DNA of 64,000 bases, taken from Terrimicrobiaceae bacterium. Its GTDB lineage: Bacteria; Verrucomicrobiota; Verrucomicrobiia; Chthoniobacterales; Terrimicrobiaceae. Every line of letters starts with the position of its first letter. Within the stretch, counting starts at the first letter, position 1. A program made the translations under genes and the position numbers. Below, in pieces: positions 48,666 to 58,382 of the stretch. Location of the stretch: positions 32,001 to 96,000 of the forward strand of contig JBGSVZ010000047.1 of NCBI GenBank assembly GCA_041752695.1. Direction: 5' to 3'. The notes below the pieces were generated by a model, which did no database searches, was not told the origin of the DNA, and saw nothing but the letters and a program-made list of their open reading frames with translations.

Positions 48666-50060
48666 TTAGAGCGGGAAGATCGGGAAGCCGTCGTCAGCGC
48701 GCTCGCAGTTCATGTCGCTCAAGCGCAGGCCATTGGCTGTTTCCTGAAGACCGACTTCAAGGAAGCCGCCGGGTGCGGTCATCGAGTTACGGAAGGTCTG
48801 CTCGTTAGCCGAGAGAGAACCGTGGTGATAGAGGTGCTGGTAGCTCCAGGCGGAGTAGGCACCCGAAGTGACCTTCTCGAAGTCGGCTTGGTTGAAGCCA
48901 GTTCCGAGGTAGTTGTTAGGATCGGTCGCGATCAAGGGAGTAATTTGGACACCATTGAAAGCGAGGATCTTCGCGCCGCCTGTCGCAGCATTCAGGCTGT
49001 CCGCCGTGGAGAGCCAGGTCAGGAGGAAAATTGGAATATCTTCCGCAAGAGCATCCTGGCTTTCGCCGTCATAGACATCAACCGAGGTTGAGGTCCGAGC
49101 CATGATGCCGCGAAGAGCACTGCTGCTGCGGTAACCACCATTGCCCAGCACGTCATTGCCCCAGAGGGTCGAGGCGTTGCCCGAACCATCCGGACAAAGG
49201 AGGTTGCCCGTGCCGTTTCCACCTGCGGGAACCAGCGTAATCGCGCTGATCACATTGGCCACCGCCTGGCCGGCGGTCGTCACGATGTATTGCTGCACGG
49301 TATTGGCCGCGCCATAGGTCCACTCCGTCAAGTAGGCGGAACGTGTTCCCGAACCGTCGTTACGGCCGGTCGCAAACACGAGGGTCGTGTCGTCAGGATC
49401 TCCGGTGAACAACGAGAGCGGGGCAATACCAGCGCCCCAAAGAGCACGGCACTGCTGAATCGTTGCATTCGTCCAGTTCGAAGGAGCTCCTTCGTTCGCA
49501 ATCATCGCGAACGTCACGACACCGACGGCGGATGTGCCGACGGGATTCAACACTTCGTTGTCGACTGGCGATGTGCTCTGATACACATCCGAGAAGCTGA
49601 ACTTCGGACGAAGGGTGTTCGTAGGAGAAGTCTGCAGCACGCGGATGCCGTCGTTGACCGTGTTGTTGTTCGCTGTCGAAGTGTCGTCCGCAGTTGCGGC
49701 CGCCACTTGAAGGAACGATGGATCGCTGTTTCCCGCGATGGCGTTGAGGCCCTCGGTGGAGCCGTTGAACGACGTGCGGATGATGGTCGTGCCCGCGATG
49801 CCGGGGAACGTGCCGGTGAACACCGCCTTGTTCGAGGCGATGAGCTGGCTGACCTGGTTGCTCGTGTTGCCGGTGAAATCGTGGGCAACGTTGAAATTCA
49901 CGCCTGCGTTTCCGATGGAATCGTAGGCATTGAAGATCGCTTTCATGGTGGCCTGGCGGAACGCCGTGGCACCCGTGATGGTGAGTTCCGTCGTCTGCGC
50001 CATCGCGGACGAAACGGTGCCGATCGCAACAGCGGCGGCGAGGATGTTTTGAATCTTCAT
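48666..50060 (-). CDS. Secreted PstS/DING-like periplasmic-binding-fold protein
   Basis: Signal peptide; GATAF, GSTEG, FSDV and GRNDGSGTR (cf. PstS RxDxSGT); G.YSAWSYQHLY C-terminal motif. Confidence 0.7.
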   Translation of the reverse strand: MKIQNILAAAVAIGTVSSAMAQTTELTITGATAFRQATMKAIFNAYDSIGNAGVNFNVAHDFTGNTSNQVSQLIASNKAVFTGTFPGIAGTTIIRTSFNGSTEGLNAIAGNSDPSFLQVAAATADDTSTANNNTVNDGIRVLQTSPTNTLRPKFSFSDVYQSTSPVDNEVLNPVGTSAVGVVTFAMIANEGAPSNWTNATIQQCRALWGAGIAPLSLFTGDPDDTTLVFATGRNDGSGTRSAYLTEWTYGAANTVQQYIVTTAGQAVANVISAITLVPAGGNGTGNLLCPDGSGNASTLWGNDVLGNGGYRSSSALRGIMARTSTSVDVYDGESQDALAEDIPIFLLTWLSTADSLNAATGGAKILAFNGVQITPLIATDPNNYLGTGFNQADFEKVTSGAYSAWSYQHLYHHGSLSANEQTFRNSMTAPGGFLEVGLQETANGLRLSDMNCERADDGFPIFPL

Positions 50061-50108
50061 AATAATTTTAAGAGTAGTAAGTGATCTTGGAGTTGTTTGA
50101 ATTGAGAC

Positions 50109-51035
50109 TTAAGAAACGACATTGCGACGGCGTTTGCCGTAGAGGGTGATGACGAGACCTGCGGCGAGGAGCGCGGCAGTGGAAGGTTCGGGAACGGCGA
50201 TGAAGTTCACGTCGCCATTGCTGCTCAGGGTGATCGTGCCGAGGAAATATCCCTGGCCGGCGGCGACACCGCTGATTCCTTCGATGTTCTGCCAACCCGA
50301 GGCGTTGAGGACGGGCGTGGCGCGATACAAATCCAGCCCGAGAACGATGTCATTGACGCCGCCCAACGAATAGGTCGTGCTGCTGATGGAACCCATCACG
50401 CCTTGGGAAAGCTGGCCGTAAGCCGTTGCCGGATTTCCGTTCGAGAAGGGGTTTTGCTCGTCAATTGTGGTATCGCCGATTTGAGCATCCCCTGGCTGAC
50501 CGGCCGCAATAGCACTGTTGTTAGAACCACTGATATTTGAGGCCAAGTTACTTTGGGCAGCGGTTCCTCCGGGAAGAGCAACTGATGCCGAATTCGAGGC
50601 TCCGACTGTCCCTGCGGCGGTTCTCGGCTTGGTGACATAGACGGTGCGCGCGTAGTCTTGGTTGGAGGTCGCACTGCTGAGCGAGCTCGTGCTGCCATTT
50701 TGGCCAGCGGCGCCGAAGAAGACGGTCGAACCGAGATTCGTCCAATCTGCTCCGTAGGTGGACGTCAGCTGGGTGTTGATATTGCCCAGGTTGATCGTCG
50801 TGCCGAACGAAGCGTCGCCGGGAGTGGCGGCGTCACGGAAGACATCGAACGTGCTGCCCAAGCTGAAGACGAACACCTGATCCGTTCCAGTGGTCCCGGT
50901 GGGATTCTGGCCGAACAACAGGACATCGTTTGCGTTGTATGCGGTATCGACAGCCGCATTTGCGCCCGCCATCGAGATCGCCAGGGATCCGATAGCCAGA
51001 GCATGCTGCGCCGCCTTTGTTTTTTTCAATTTCAT
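50109..51035 (-). CDS. PEP-CTERM surface protein (exosortase substrate)
   Basis: Signal peptide; C-terminal VPEPSTAALLAAGLVITLYGKRRR. Confidence 0.93.
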   Translation of the reverse strand: MKLKKTKAAQHALAIGSLAISMAGANAAVDTAYNANDVLLFGQNPTGTTGTDQVFVFSLGSTFDVFRDAATPGDASFGTTINLGNINTQLTSTYGADWTNLGSTVFFGAAGQNGSTSSLSSATSNQDYARTVYVTKPRTAAGTVGASNSASVALPGGTAAQSNLASNISGSNNSAIAAGQPGDAQIGDTTIDEQNPFSNGNPATAYGQLSQGVMGSISSTTYSLGGVNDIVLGLDLYRATPVLNASGWQNIEGISGVAAGQGYFLGTITLSSNGDVNFIAVPEPSTAALLAAGLVITLYGKRRRNVVS

Positions 51036-51194
51036 CGAGGTTTTTTTATTGGTTGAGGTCGAGACTGCCTCCCGCGCGCTCATACTTATGCGTTTTGGGC
51101 TGCAAGGAGGCTCCCGCATCCGTTGAACAAACCGGCCGCTGAAACTTCCTGCTGAAGGCGTACCTTTCTCCCACGCTGGAACTAGGGAGATATT

Positions 51195-51210
51195 GTAACG
51201 ATCTCGTCAC
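51195..51210. promoter_or_regulatory. Pho-box-like direct repeat in a divergent promoter region
   Basis: GTAAC-GATCTC-GTCAC between the PEP-CTERM/PstS-like operon and the TPR gene. Confidence 0.55.
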
Positions 51211-51337
51211 AATCACCGAAGTGGGGGGCTGTCCCTGAAAAAGGGGCAAAAATGCGAGATTTGGACCAATTTTTCTCGAGGGTCGGAGCACGGAATCGGC
51301 ACTTGCTGGCGGGCTACCCCACGGCTAGTTTCCGCGG

Positions 51338-52564
51338 ATGAGTTCTGGAAAGGAAAACCCGCGGAAGGAACGCCGCAGAAAGGAAAACTCGCCTGAGAAG
51401 AAACCTCCAGAAAGTGGCGTGCCGGAATCTTCGCCTGATCTCCAGGAGAAATCGGCTTCTCACGGGAACGAAAAGCATTTCAAGGCGGAAAATCAGTCCG
51501 TTCCTACGGCCGCTGACACCGGTGAACCCGAGGAATGGGATGTGCTGGGACGCCGTCCGGCCTTCCCATCGTCCGTGGGCATCGCCGAAGAGTCCGAAGA
51601 CGCGCCTGAAAAGGATGTTCCCTCCACCGGGTCCGGACGATCCGGCAAGCGCCGCAAGAAGACCCAGGCCTCCTGGACCAAACGCCTTCAAGCCTTCGCC
51701 TCCGCCCGGATCCGCGCCTATTGGGTCCTTGCTCTCGTAGTTCTCTTGCTCATTTTTGTCACTGGTCCCGTCTACCTTTCGGGAATGGCCGCCGGCAAAA
51801 AGCGCGCGGATGACGAGGCCCTGCGAGAAAGACTGTCCATCCCTCCGGAAATCGCGGTGAGGATTGATGAGGCGCTGGTGAAATTGCGCGCTGGCGACGC
51901 TGCGGGCGCACTTACCATCCTTCAGGCTATCGAAGCGGAAAAGGGATTTTATCCCTCCTTGAGCTATCTGGTCGCCCTTGCCGCCGTGCAGTCGGGCGAT
52001 GTGAATTTGGCGGAAAGGAAGATCGCGGAAACCATTGTCAAGCGCGAACGCGTCTCGGATGCCCTCGCGCTGCAAGCTGTTGTCGAATCCATGAAACCCG
52101 CAGACCGCACGCGGGCCGTGATGGGCGACCCGAAGGTTCGCTCCGAGAATCTTCTACGCCAGGCCATCCTCGCGGACCCTGCCAATGCGGCGCCCCGCTT
52201 TGAGTTGGCGACTCTTCTCCGCTACACCAACCGACGTGACGAGGCCCGCCAGGAAATCCTCGCCGCGCAGGCAAGATTGAACCCCGTGGATGCCCATACG
52301 GTCACGGAAGTGACTCTCGCTCTGATGGACTTGGAGGATCTGCCCGACGACCAACTGCCTGCGGCTTCTTCCGCGCCGCGTAACCTGACCGAGGCGTTGG
52401 TGGCGGCGAACGTCGCCCTCCGCCACGGGGACTTCGGCACCGCTGCAACTTTGCTCAAGGCCGGCAGAGACATGATCCATCCCGATATTTTCTACTACCT
52501 GACCAGTGATCCCGTCTTCCGCCGGTACCGTGACAGGGCGGAACTTGCCGAATTTTTGCAATAG
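51338..52564 (+). CDS. Membrane-anchored TPR-like protein (paralogue 1)
   Basis: Disordered N-terminus, one TM, helical repeats; strongly similar to the next ORF. Confidence 0.8.
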   Translation: MSSGKENPRKERRRKENSPEKKPPESGVPESSPDLQEKSASHGNEKHFKAENQSVPTAADTGEPEEWDVLGRRPAFPSSVGIAEESEDAPEKDVPSTGSGRSGKRRKKTQASWTKRLQAFASARIRAYWVLALVVLLLIFVTGPVYLSGMAAGKKRADDEALRERLSIPPEIAVRIDEALVKLRAGDAAGALTILQAIEAEKGFYPSLSYLVALAAVQSGDVNLAERKIAETIVKRERVSDALALQAVVESMKPADRTRAVMGDPKVRSENLLRQAILADPANAAPRFELATLLRYTNRRDEARQEILAAQARLNPVDAHTVTEVTLALMDLEDLPDDQLPAASSAPRNLTEALVAANVALRHGDFGTAATLLKAGRDMIHPDIFYYLTSDPVFRRYRDRAELAEFLQ

Positions 52565-52591
52565 GTCGCAGAATTGTCACAGTTTTGTTGC
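52565..52591 (+). promoter_or_regulatory. Pho-box-like triple direct repeat
   Basis: GTCGC-AGAATT-GTCAC-AGTTTT-GTTGC with an 11-bp period. Confidence 0.55.
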
Positions 52592-52626
52592 CTGACCGCG
52601 TTGGACATCTCTGATGGGTAGGATTC

Positions 52627-53760
52627 ATGGTTTTTAGGAATCACTCCTGCTCCATGAATCAATATCTTCCCAACCGCGGAGAAATAGGCCCGGCCGGCGC
52701 CAGTAATTACAGCTCGGGAGACGCCCGTCGATTCCGTCTGCGCGACTTCCATGAACGAAAAAACCGCTCTGAAGGATTTTACGCAAGGCCTGCTGAAGAG
52801 CCCTTTGGTGCAAACGTCTTTTCCGCACAGGCGGACGCAACAAGGCGGGATTGGGGCGCCTCTCCCGGAAAATTTCGCGCTGGCAATGGTGGCCGGTGGG
52901 GCTGGTGGAAACCCGCCTTGCTGATTATCTCCGGCCTCACGGTGGTCTCCGCGTTGTCCGCTCTGGGAGGCTTTTACGTCGGTCGCGAACGGGGAAAAAG
53001 TTCTGCCAACCGGGAAATGGTGGAACGGGCCAAAACCCTAAAGCGGCTGCCGGAGAAGGGGTCGCGAATCCTCAGCGACGCCATGGCGGAGTTGCGGACG
53101 GGAAGCGCGGAGACCGCGTTGGAAACCCTTCTCTCCCTGCGCGCCGACTTTCCGCAAGCGGCGTCCTTGAGTTACCTTGCCGCCTTGGCGGCGCTGCAAG
53201 CCGGGCAACCCGTGGCGGCGGAAAACCTCGCGAAGGAATCCATCAAGGCAGGGCAGCGTCTGTCCGACTCGCTCGCGGTGATGTCGATGCTGGAGCGGCA
53301 GAAGTCCGCTACGATGGGTTCTGGTTCCGACTCTCAAGCCGAAGATTTGCTTCGTGCTGCCATCACCGCTGATGCCGCCAACCCCGCGCCCCACCTGGAA
53401 CTGGCGACCCTCCTTCGCGCTGGTGGCCGTCGAGAGGAAGCCCGTAAAGAAATCAAGATGGCTATGGCTCTCCAGAATCCGGTGGACGCACAGGCCGTGA
53501 CTGAGGCGACCCTGGCCCTGATGACGCTCGAGGACTTGCCGGACGACAAGATTGCCGCGCCCTCCGGTGCCCCACGCACTCTGACGGAAAGCCTGGCGGC
53601 CGCTTATGCTTCTCTGCGACAGGGGAATCCTGCTGCCGCGGCCGACAATCTCCGCGCCGGACAGGCTATGACGACACCCGAAATCTTCGTCTACCTGATC
53701 AACGACCCAGCTTTTCGAAAATACCGCACAAACTCCGAACTGGCCGCGTTCTGGCGGTAG
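52627..53760 (+). CDS. Membrane-anchored TPR-like protein (paralogue 2)
   Basis: Shares LSYL.ALAA, ELATLLR, NPVDA..VTE.TLALM.LEDLPDD and DP.FR.YR with 51338..52564; start uncertain. Confidence 0.8.
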   Translation: MVFRNHSCSMNQYLPNRGEIGPAGASNYSSGDARRFRLRDFHERKNRSEGFYARPAEEPFGANVFSAQADATRRDWGASPGKFRAGNGGRWGWWKPALLIISGLTVVSALSALGGFYVGRERGKSSANREMVERAKTLKRLPEKGSRILSDAMAELRTGSAETALETLLSLRADFPQAASLSYLAALAALQAGQPVAAENLAKESIKAGQRLSDSLAVMSMLERQKSATMGSGSDSQAEDLLRAAITADAANPAPHLELATLLRAGGRREEARKEIKMAMALQNPVDAQAVTEATLALMTLEDLPDDKIAAPSGAPRTLTESLAAAYASLRQGNPAAAADNLRAGQAMTTPEIFVYLINDPAFRKYRTNSELAAFWR

Positions 53761-53786
53761 GGGCTTTTTTTCTGCGGGGGACAACG

Positions 53787-53858
53787 TGACCCCACCGGGA
53801 ATCGAACCCAGATTTAAGGTTTAGGAAACCTCCGTTCTATCCGTTGAACTATAGGGCC
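53787..53858 (-). tRNA. tRNA-Arg(CCT)
   Basis: Reverse complement GGCCCTATAGTTCAACGGATAGAAC-GGAGGTTTCCTAAACCTT...GGTTCGATTCCCGGTGGGGTCA; anticodon CCT. Confidence 0.95.
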
Positions 53859-53941
53859 TTTGTTGGAGAGTTTTTTCTCCAAGAGAAGGCCCTGATACAC
53901 GAAGTTTGCCGTCGACACAAGGGCGTCCCGGTGGGCCTTCG

Positions 53942-56593
53942 CTATTCTTTTTGTCCGGACACACCATCCCTGGCCTGCCTTCCCCGGCGAAGCACGGCCT
54001 TGAGCCCTTCTTCCGTGAAGGGTTTGCCCAGGAAGTCGTCCATCCCGGCCCTCGCGCAGGCTTGGCGTTCGTGTTCGGAAACTCCGGCGGTTAGGGCCAC
54101 AATGCAGCGCCGGGATTCTCCGTTTGCCCGCTCGAACGAACGGATGGCCGCAGTTGCCTCCAAGCCGTTCATGCCCGGCATGCTGACATCCATAAACACC
54201 ATGTCGAAGGGCTTCTCGGCGACCATGGTGAGCGCCTCATTTCCGTTGCCCGCAAGTTCCGCGAGGCAGCCCTGTTGTTCGACGAGGCGGCGCATGAGTT
54301 TTTGGTTGAGGCGATTGTCTTCCACAATGAGAACACGCAGCGGGCTGACGGTGGTTTCGGCGGGGGAGGGGAGTCGGTCTTCCGGCGGGAGAGGGACCTC
54401 TGTGCCGGCGGTCTGCACGACGATGGTGGCGGTGAAGGCGGAACCTTTTCCGGCCTCGCTTTCGAACGTGACGGTTCCGCCCATCAGCTCGCAGAGCCGC
54501 TTGACGATGACGAGGCCAAGGCCGCTGCCGCCGTAGCGGCGGGAGAGCGAGGAATCCGCCTGGCTGAAGGGATTAAAAAGACGTGCCCGTTGGTCCGCGC
54601 GGATGCCGATGCCGGTGTCGGTGACGACAAAGACAATTTCGTGTTGGTCGGGCCTTGGTGAGGCCTGGGGGTGGACCTGCAGGGTGATTTCTCCCTCGTC
54701 GGTGAATTTGAGGGCATTGCCTAAAAGGTTGCCTAGCACCTGTTCGATGCGGAGCAGGTCCGCCAGCACTGCCGGTGGCAGGCCTGGATCGCACTGGCAG
54801 GTGAAGGTCAGTCCTTTTTCCTCGGCACGCAGGCGCGTGGCGGAGCAGATGCGTTTCAATTCGCGGGTCAGGTTCACCGGGCTGAGGTTCAAGCCGAGTT
54901 GTCCGGCTTCGATGCGGGAAAAATCCAAGACATCAGTGACCAGTCCGAGCAGGAGGTCCGCGCTGGTGCTGATTCCCTCCACGGTTTCGCGCAGATGGTC
55001 CGGCAGTTCGGAGTTTTTCAGCAACCCGGCAAAACCGATCACTCCATGCAGGGGGGTTCGGATCTCGTGACTCATGGTGGCGAGAAACTCGCTTTTCGCG
55101 CGGTTTGCCGCCTCGGCGGCCTCCTTGGCTTCCCGCATGCGGGTATCGATGATTTTGCGGACGACAAGGGAGCGCGCCACCGAGATGCAGGCCTTCTCGC
55201 CGGATAGGATCACGTTGTTGGCATGGATCTCGACCGGGATGCGGTTTCCGTCCGAAGCAATCAACTGGGTCTCAAAGGTGGCATGGCCATCACGAGCCAG
55301 GAGGTGGGAGACTTCGGCAATGCGCTCCTGTGTGATTTCATCGACCTGGCCCGGGGCCATCTGGAGAAGCTCTTGGCGGGAGCGGGAAAGGAATTTGCAG
55401 GCCGCTTCGTTGACGTAGTGGAGTCGGGTCGGCAACCCGTTTGCGCCGAAGCCGTGCACAAAAATCGGGTCGCCGATGGACTCGAAGATGGCCCTGGCAT
55501 CGCCCTCGGTTTTTTTCAGATTTTCCGTGGCCTGGCGTTCGGAGACCATCAGGGTGTTGATCGAGTCGGCGAGTCTGGCAAACTCATCGTCTCCCTGGAC
55601 CTTAAGGGCCCCTGGGGCGTCTCGTTTTCCGGCGAGACCCTGGATCTCCCGATCGAGGGCACTGAGGCGGCGGAGCACCAGAAACTCGAAGGCGAGCAGA
55701 GGCAGGATGATGAGGCACAGTCCGGCAACCAGGCCGAGCCAGAAAAGCTCGTTCCTGGCCTGCACCGCGGCACCAAGAACTTGCATCGGGATATCCACCG
55801 AGATCACCACGACGCGGCTGTCTCCCAGAACGGGGAGGACGATTTTGGCCTCGTATTGCGAATCGCTGCGGGCCGTGACGGTCACCCAGGTCAGAATGCC
55901 GGTGAGCGATTCCCCGGTCGGACGCGGCGGGGGCTGCACGGCGGCCAGGGAGCTCGCCACAGCGATATCCGTGACGTGCATGCCGATCAAGTCGAAGGTT
56001 TCGTTCAGCCAAACCGCATCGATCCAACGGCCGTAAACCAGCCATCCGTGGTGGGGGCCGGATTGGTCGGTGCGCAGGACTGGTCCGGCGGAGACCAGCA
56101 GAACACGGGAGCCTTCCACGATGCAGCCGAGCTTTTGTTCGTTCGATCGCAACAGATCGCCTTCCGTGATGTGGCGGAGGTTATCCGCGGCGAGGGGAGT
56201 TTCCCGCACGGTGTCCTCTTTCAGCCATCGCACGGCCGCCAGACGGCGGTCTCGGTCAAAGAAAATCACCACATCCTCACCCGTGGTGTTTTTGCCGGGG
56301 TCGAAATAGTCGGACAGATAGCCGGGATTTTTGCCGTCGAGGAAATCGTAGGCCTCGTCCCACTCGGCGTATTCCCGGATCACCAGCGCTTTCACGTGTC
56401 CGATGTTGCGAAGCTGGCCCTTGAAGCGTTCGATTTGCTGGTCGAGGAGAGACTGTTGCAATTCGCGAAAAGTGCCGATCAGTTGCTGGGAACCGAGGGC
56501 TCCAAAAACGACGACCAGCAGCAGAAGAACGCCGCCCGAGAACAGGATCGTCTTCAGGCGCAACGATCCTTTTGGACTCTTCCTCAGGTGCAT
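53942..56593 (-). CDS. Hybrid sensor histidine kinase (CHASE4-HAMP-PAS-HisKA-HATPase-REC)
   Basis: YAEWDEAY (CHASE4), DEFARLA (HAMP), MSHEIRTPL, NALKFT, DTGIG, GSGLGL and FMDVSMP; start approximate. Confidence 0.92.
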   Translation of the reverse strand: MHLRKSPKGSLRLKTILFSGGVLLLLVVVFGALGSQQLIGTFRELQQSLLDQQIERFKGQLRNIGHVKALVIREYAEWDEAYDFLDGKNPGYLSDYFDPGKNTTGEDVVIFFDRDRRLAAVRWLKEDTVRETPLAADNLRHITEGDLLRSNEQKLGCIVEGSRVLLVSAGPVLRTDQSGPHHGWLVYGRWIDAVWLNETFDLIGMHVTDIAVASSLAAVQPPPRPTGESLTGILTWVTVTARSDSQYEAKIVLPVLGDSRVVVISVDIPMQVLGAAVQARNELFWLGLVAGLCLIILPLLAFEFLVLRRLSALDREIQGLAGKRDAPGALKVQGDDEFARLADSINTLMVSERQATENLKKTEGDARAIFESIGDPIFVHGFGANGLPTRLHYVNEAACKFLSRSRQELLQMAPGQVDEITQERIAEVSHLLARDGHATFETQLIASDGNRIPVEIHANNVILSGEKACISVARSLVVRKIIDTRMREAKEAAEAANRAKSEFLATMSHEIRTPLHGVIGFAGLLKNSELPDHLRETVEGISTSADLLLGLVTDVLDFSRIEAGQLGLNLSPVNLTRELKRICSATRLRAEEKGLTFTCQCDPGLPPAVLADLLRIEQVLGNLLGNALKFTDEGEITLQVHPQASPRPDQHEIVFVVTDTGIGIRADQRARLFNPFSQADSSLSRRYGGSGLGLVIVKRLCELMGGTVTFESEAGKGSAFTATIVVQTAGTEVPLPPEDRLPSPAETTVSPLRVLIVEDNRLNQKLMRRLVEQQGCLAELAGNGNEALTMVAEKPFDMVFMDVSMPGMNGLEATAAIRSFERANGESRRCIVALTAGVSEHERQACARAGMDDFLGKPFTEEGLKAVLRRGRQARDGVSGQKE

Positions 56594-56675
56594 CGGCGGA
56601 ATAATTGCGCTTCGCATCGCCGTCGCAAAGGAGAAACCGCCTTGCCAAATTTCGCCGGATCGGGTCGCGTGGGGC

Positions 56676-58364
56676 ATGGGCATTTTTTTCGCCAACCCCT
56701 GGGGCCTGCTCGCCCTGCTGGGTGTGCCTGTCGTGGTGGCGATCCATCTCCTCCGTCGCAAATCGCGGCAGGTGAGGGTGAGTACCCTCTTCCTGGTGGA
56801 GCGGGCGCTGCCTTCCTCCGAGGGCGGCCGGCGTATTCGAACGCTGCGCAACTCGCTGCCGCTCTGGGCGCAAATTCTGGCGGTCTGTGCGCTGACCTGG
56901 CTGCTCGCCCAACCGCGCTGGATCGATCAATCCAGCGTGCAGACGGTGGTGGCGGTCTTCGACAGTTCCGCTTCGATGAGTGCGTTTCGGGACGAGACCC
57001 TGGCTGCCGCACGGGTCGCACTCTCCCGGCTCGGAGAGTCGGCGGCCCGGACCCAGTGGATCTTTTTGCGATCCGATGCGTCGCGGCTGACCGCCGGGGT
57101 GTCCCTCGATGACGCGCTGACCGCGGTCGCATCCTCCTGGTTGCCCTCGCTCGGCACCCATGATACGGGCGAGGCGTTCCGTCTGGCCCGGACTCTGGCA
57201 GGCGAAAAGGGCTCGATTCTCTTTTTGACGGATCGGCCACCCCCGGAGGCGGATGGCGTCGGGTGGATCGCATCCGGCGACCGAATCGACAACGCCGGAT
57301 TTCTTGGGGGCGAGTCCTCCGAGGGACACTGGAGGGCGTTGTTGAAAAACTTTGGCCCCGCGCCGCGGGACATCCGCTGGCGCATCGTGGGCACCGACGA
57401 ATGGAAAACCACCAACCTCGCAGCCGGAGCCATGACCGAGATCGCCGGTCCGTTTCCGGCGGGCGCGGACCGCGTCATGCTCGAAATTGAAGGGGACCGT
57501 TTCGCCTTCGATGACCGGATGCCGATTCTCTCGGCCAAACCCAAGGCGCTCGTGGTGCAGGTCCGCGCGAGCGAGGCGTTCCGGGAGCTTTTCGCCCAGC
57601 TCCAGCGTCTGGCCGCGCCCGTGGCAACGTCGCCCGTTCCGGATGTGGCGCTGGACATCTACAATCCTCTCGCCCCGCAGATGCCGGCCGGGGCGGCGGT
57701 GATTTTTGTGGAGGACGCCGGAACGTCCGCCAAACCACTTTCCGGCCTGGTGGTCGGAGAAAATCATCCTCTGATGGAAAATCTGAACTGGCAGGGATTG
57801 GTTGCGCGCGACACGTTTGGCGTGCCCTTCCGCGAGGGTGATGTGGCGCTTCTCTGGCAGGGGGAACGTCCGCTCATTTTTCTGCGCACCCATGAGGGCA
57901 AACCGCAGTTGGTTTTTAACTTTGATGTCCGCCAGTCCAACGCCGCCCGACTGCCGGCCTTCCCGCTTCTCCTGCATCGCTTTTTTGCCCTGCTCCGCGA
58001 GGACAAGCCGGCCTACGAAGCGGTCAACGGCGAGACGCGGCAGACGTTCATGATCGCCGGGGTCGGGACGGTGGTGGCCCCGGACCATCCGGACTTTTTT
58101 TCCGCGAAAACGGCGGACGGCACCGTGATCTTTGATGGAGCGGCGCAATTTGGCGATACCCGCGAATCCGATTTTTCCGCCGCCTCGCGCGGGCGGAGCG
58201 CGGAATCTGCCGCGGGGTCGATCCGGGAGACGAACGCGCGGGGAGAGGCTCTCGACCCCGTTTGGGCCCTGGTGCTGGGGGGGCTGATGTTCTGGAACTG
58301 GCTTCTCACGGGCAGGCCAAAAGACAGGGCTGCTGGCGGAACGGAGTTGAAACTTGCGCGTTGA
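56676..58364 (+). CDS. BatA N-terminal and vWA domain membrane protein
   Basis: FANPWGLLALLGVPVVVAIHLL, LAQP, DSSASM MIDAS and LTD. Confidence 0.85.
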   Translation: MGIFFANPWGLLALLGVPVVVAIHLLRRKSRQVRVSTLFLVERALPSSEGGRRIRTLRNSLPLWAQILAVCALTWLLAQPRWIDQSSVQTVVAVFDSSASMSAFRDETLAAARVALSRLGESAARTQWIFLRSDASRLTAGVSLDDALTAVASSWLPSLGTHDTGEAFRLARTLAGEKGSILFLTDRPPPEADGVGWIASGDRIDNAGFLGGESSEGHWRALLKNFGPAPRDIRWRIVGTDEWKTTNLAAGAMTEIAGPFPAGADRVMLEIEGDRFAFDDRMPILSAKPKALVVQVRASEAFRELFAQLQRLAAPVATSPVPDVALDIYNPLAPQMPAGAAVIFVEDAGTSAKPLSGLVVGENHPLMENLNWQGLVARDTFGVPFREGDVALLWQGERPLIFLRTHEGKPQLVFNFDVRQSNAARLPAFPLLLHRFFALLREDKPAYEAVNGETRQTFMIAGVGTVVAPDHPDFFSAKTADGTVIFDGAAQFGDTRESDFSAASRGRSAESAAGSIRETNARGEALDPVWALVLGGLMFWNWLLTGRPKDRAAGGTELKLAR

Positions 58365-58382
58365 GCGGGTTTGCTCATTCGA

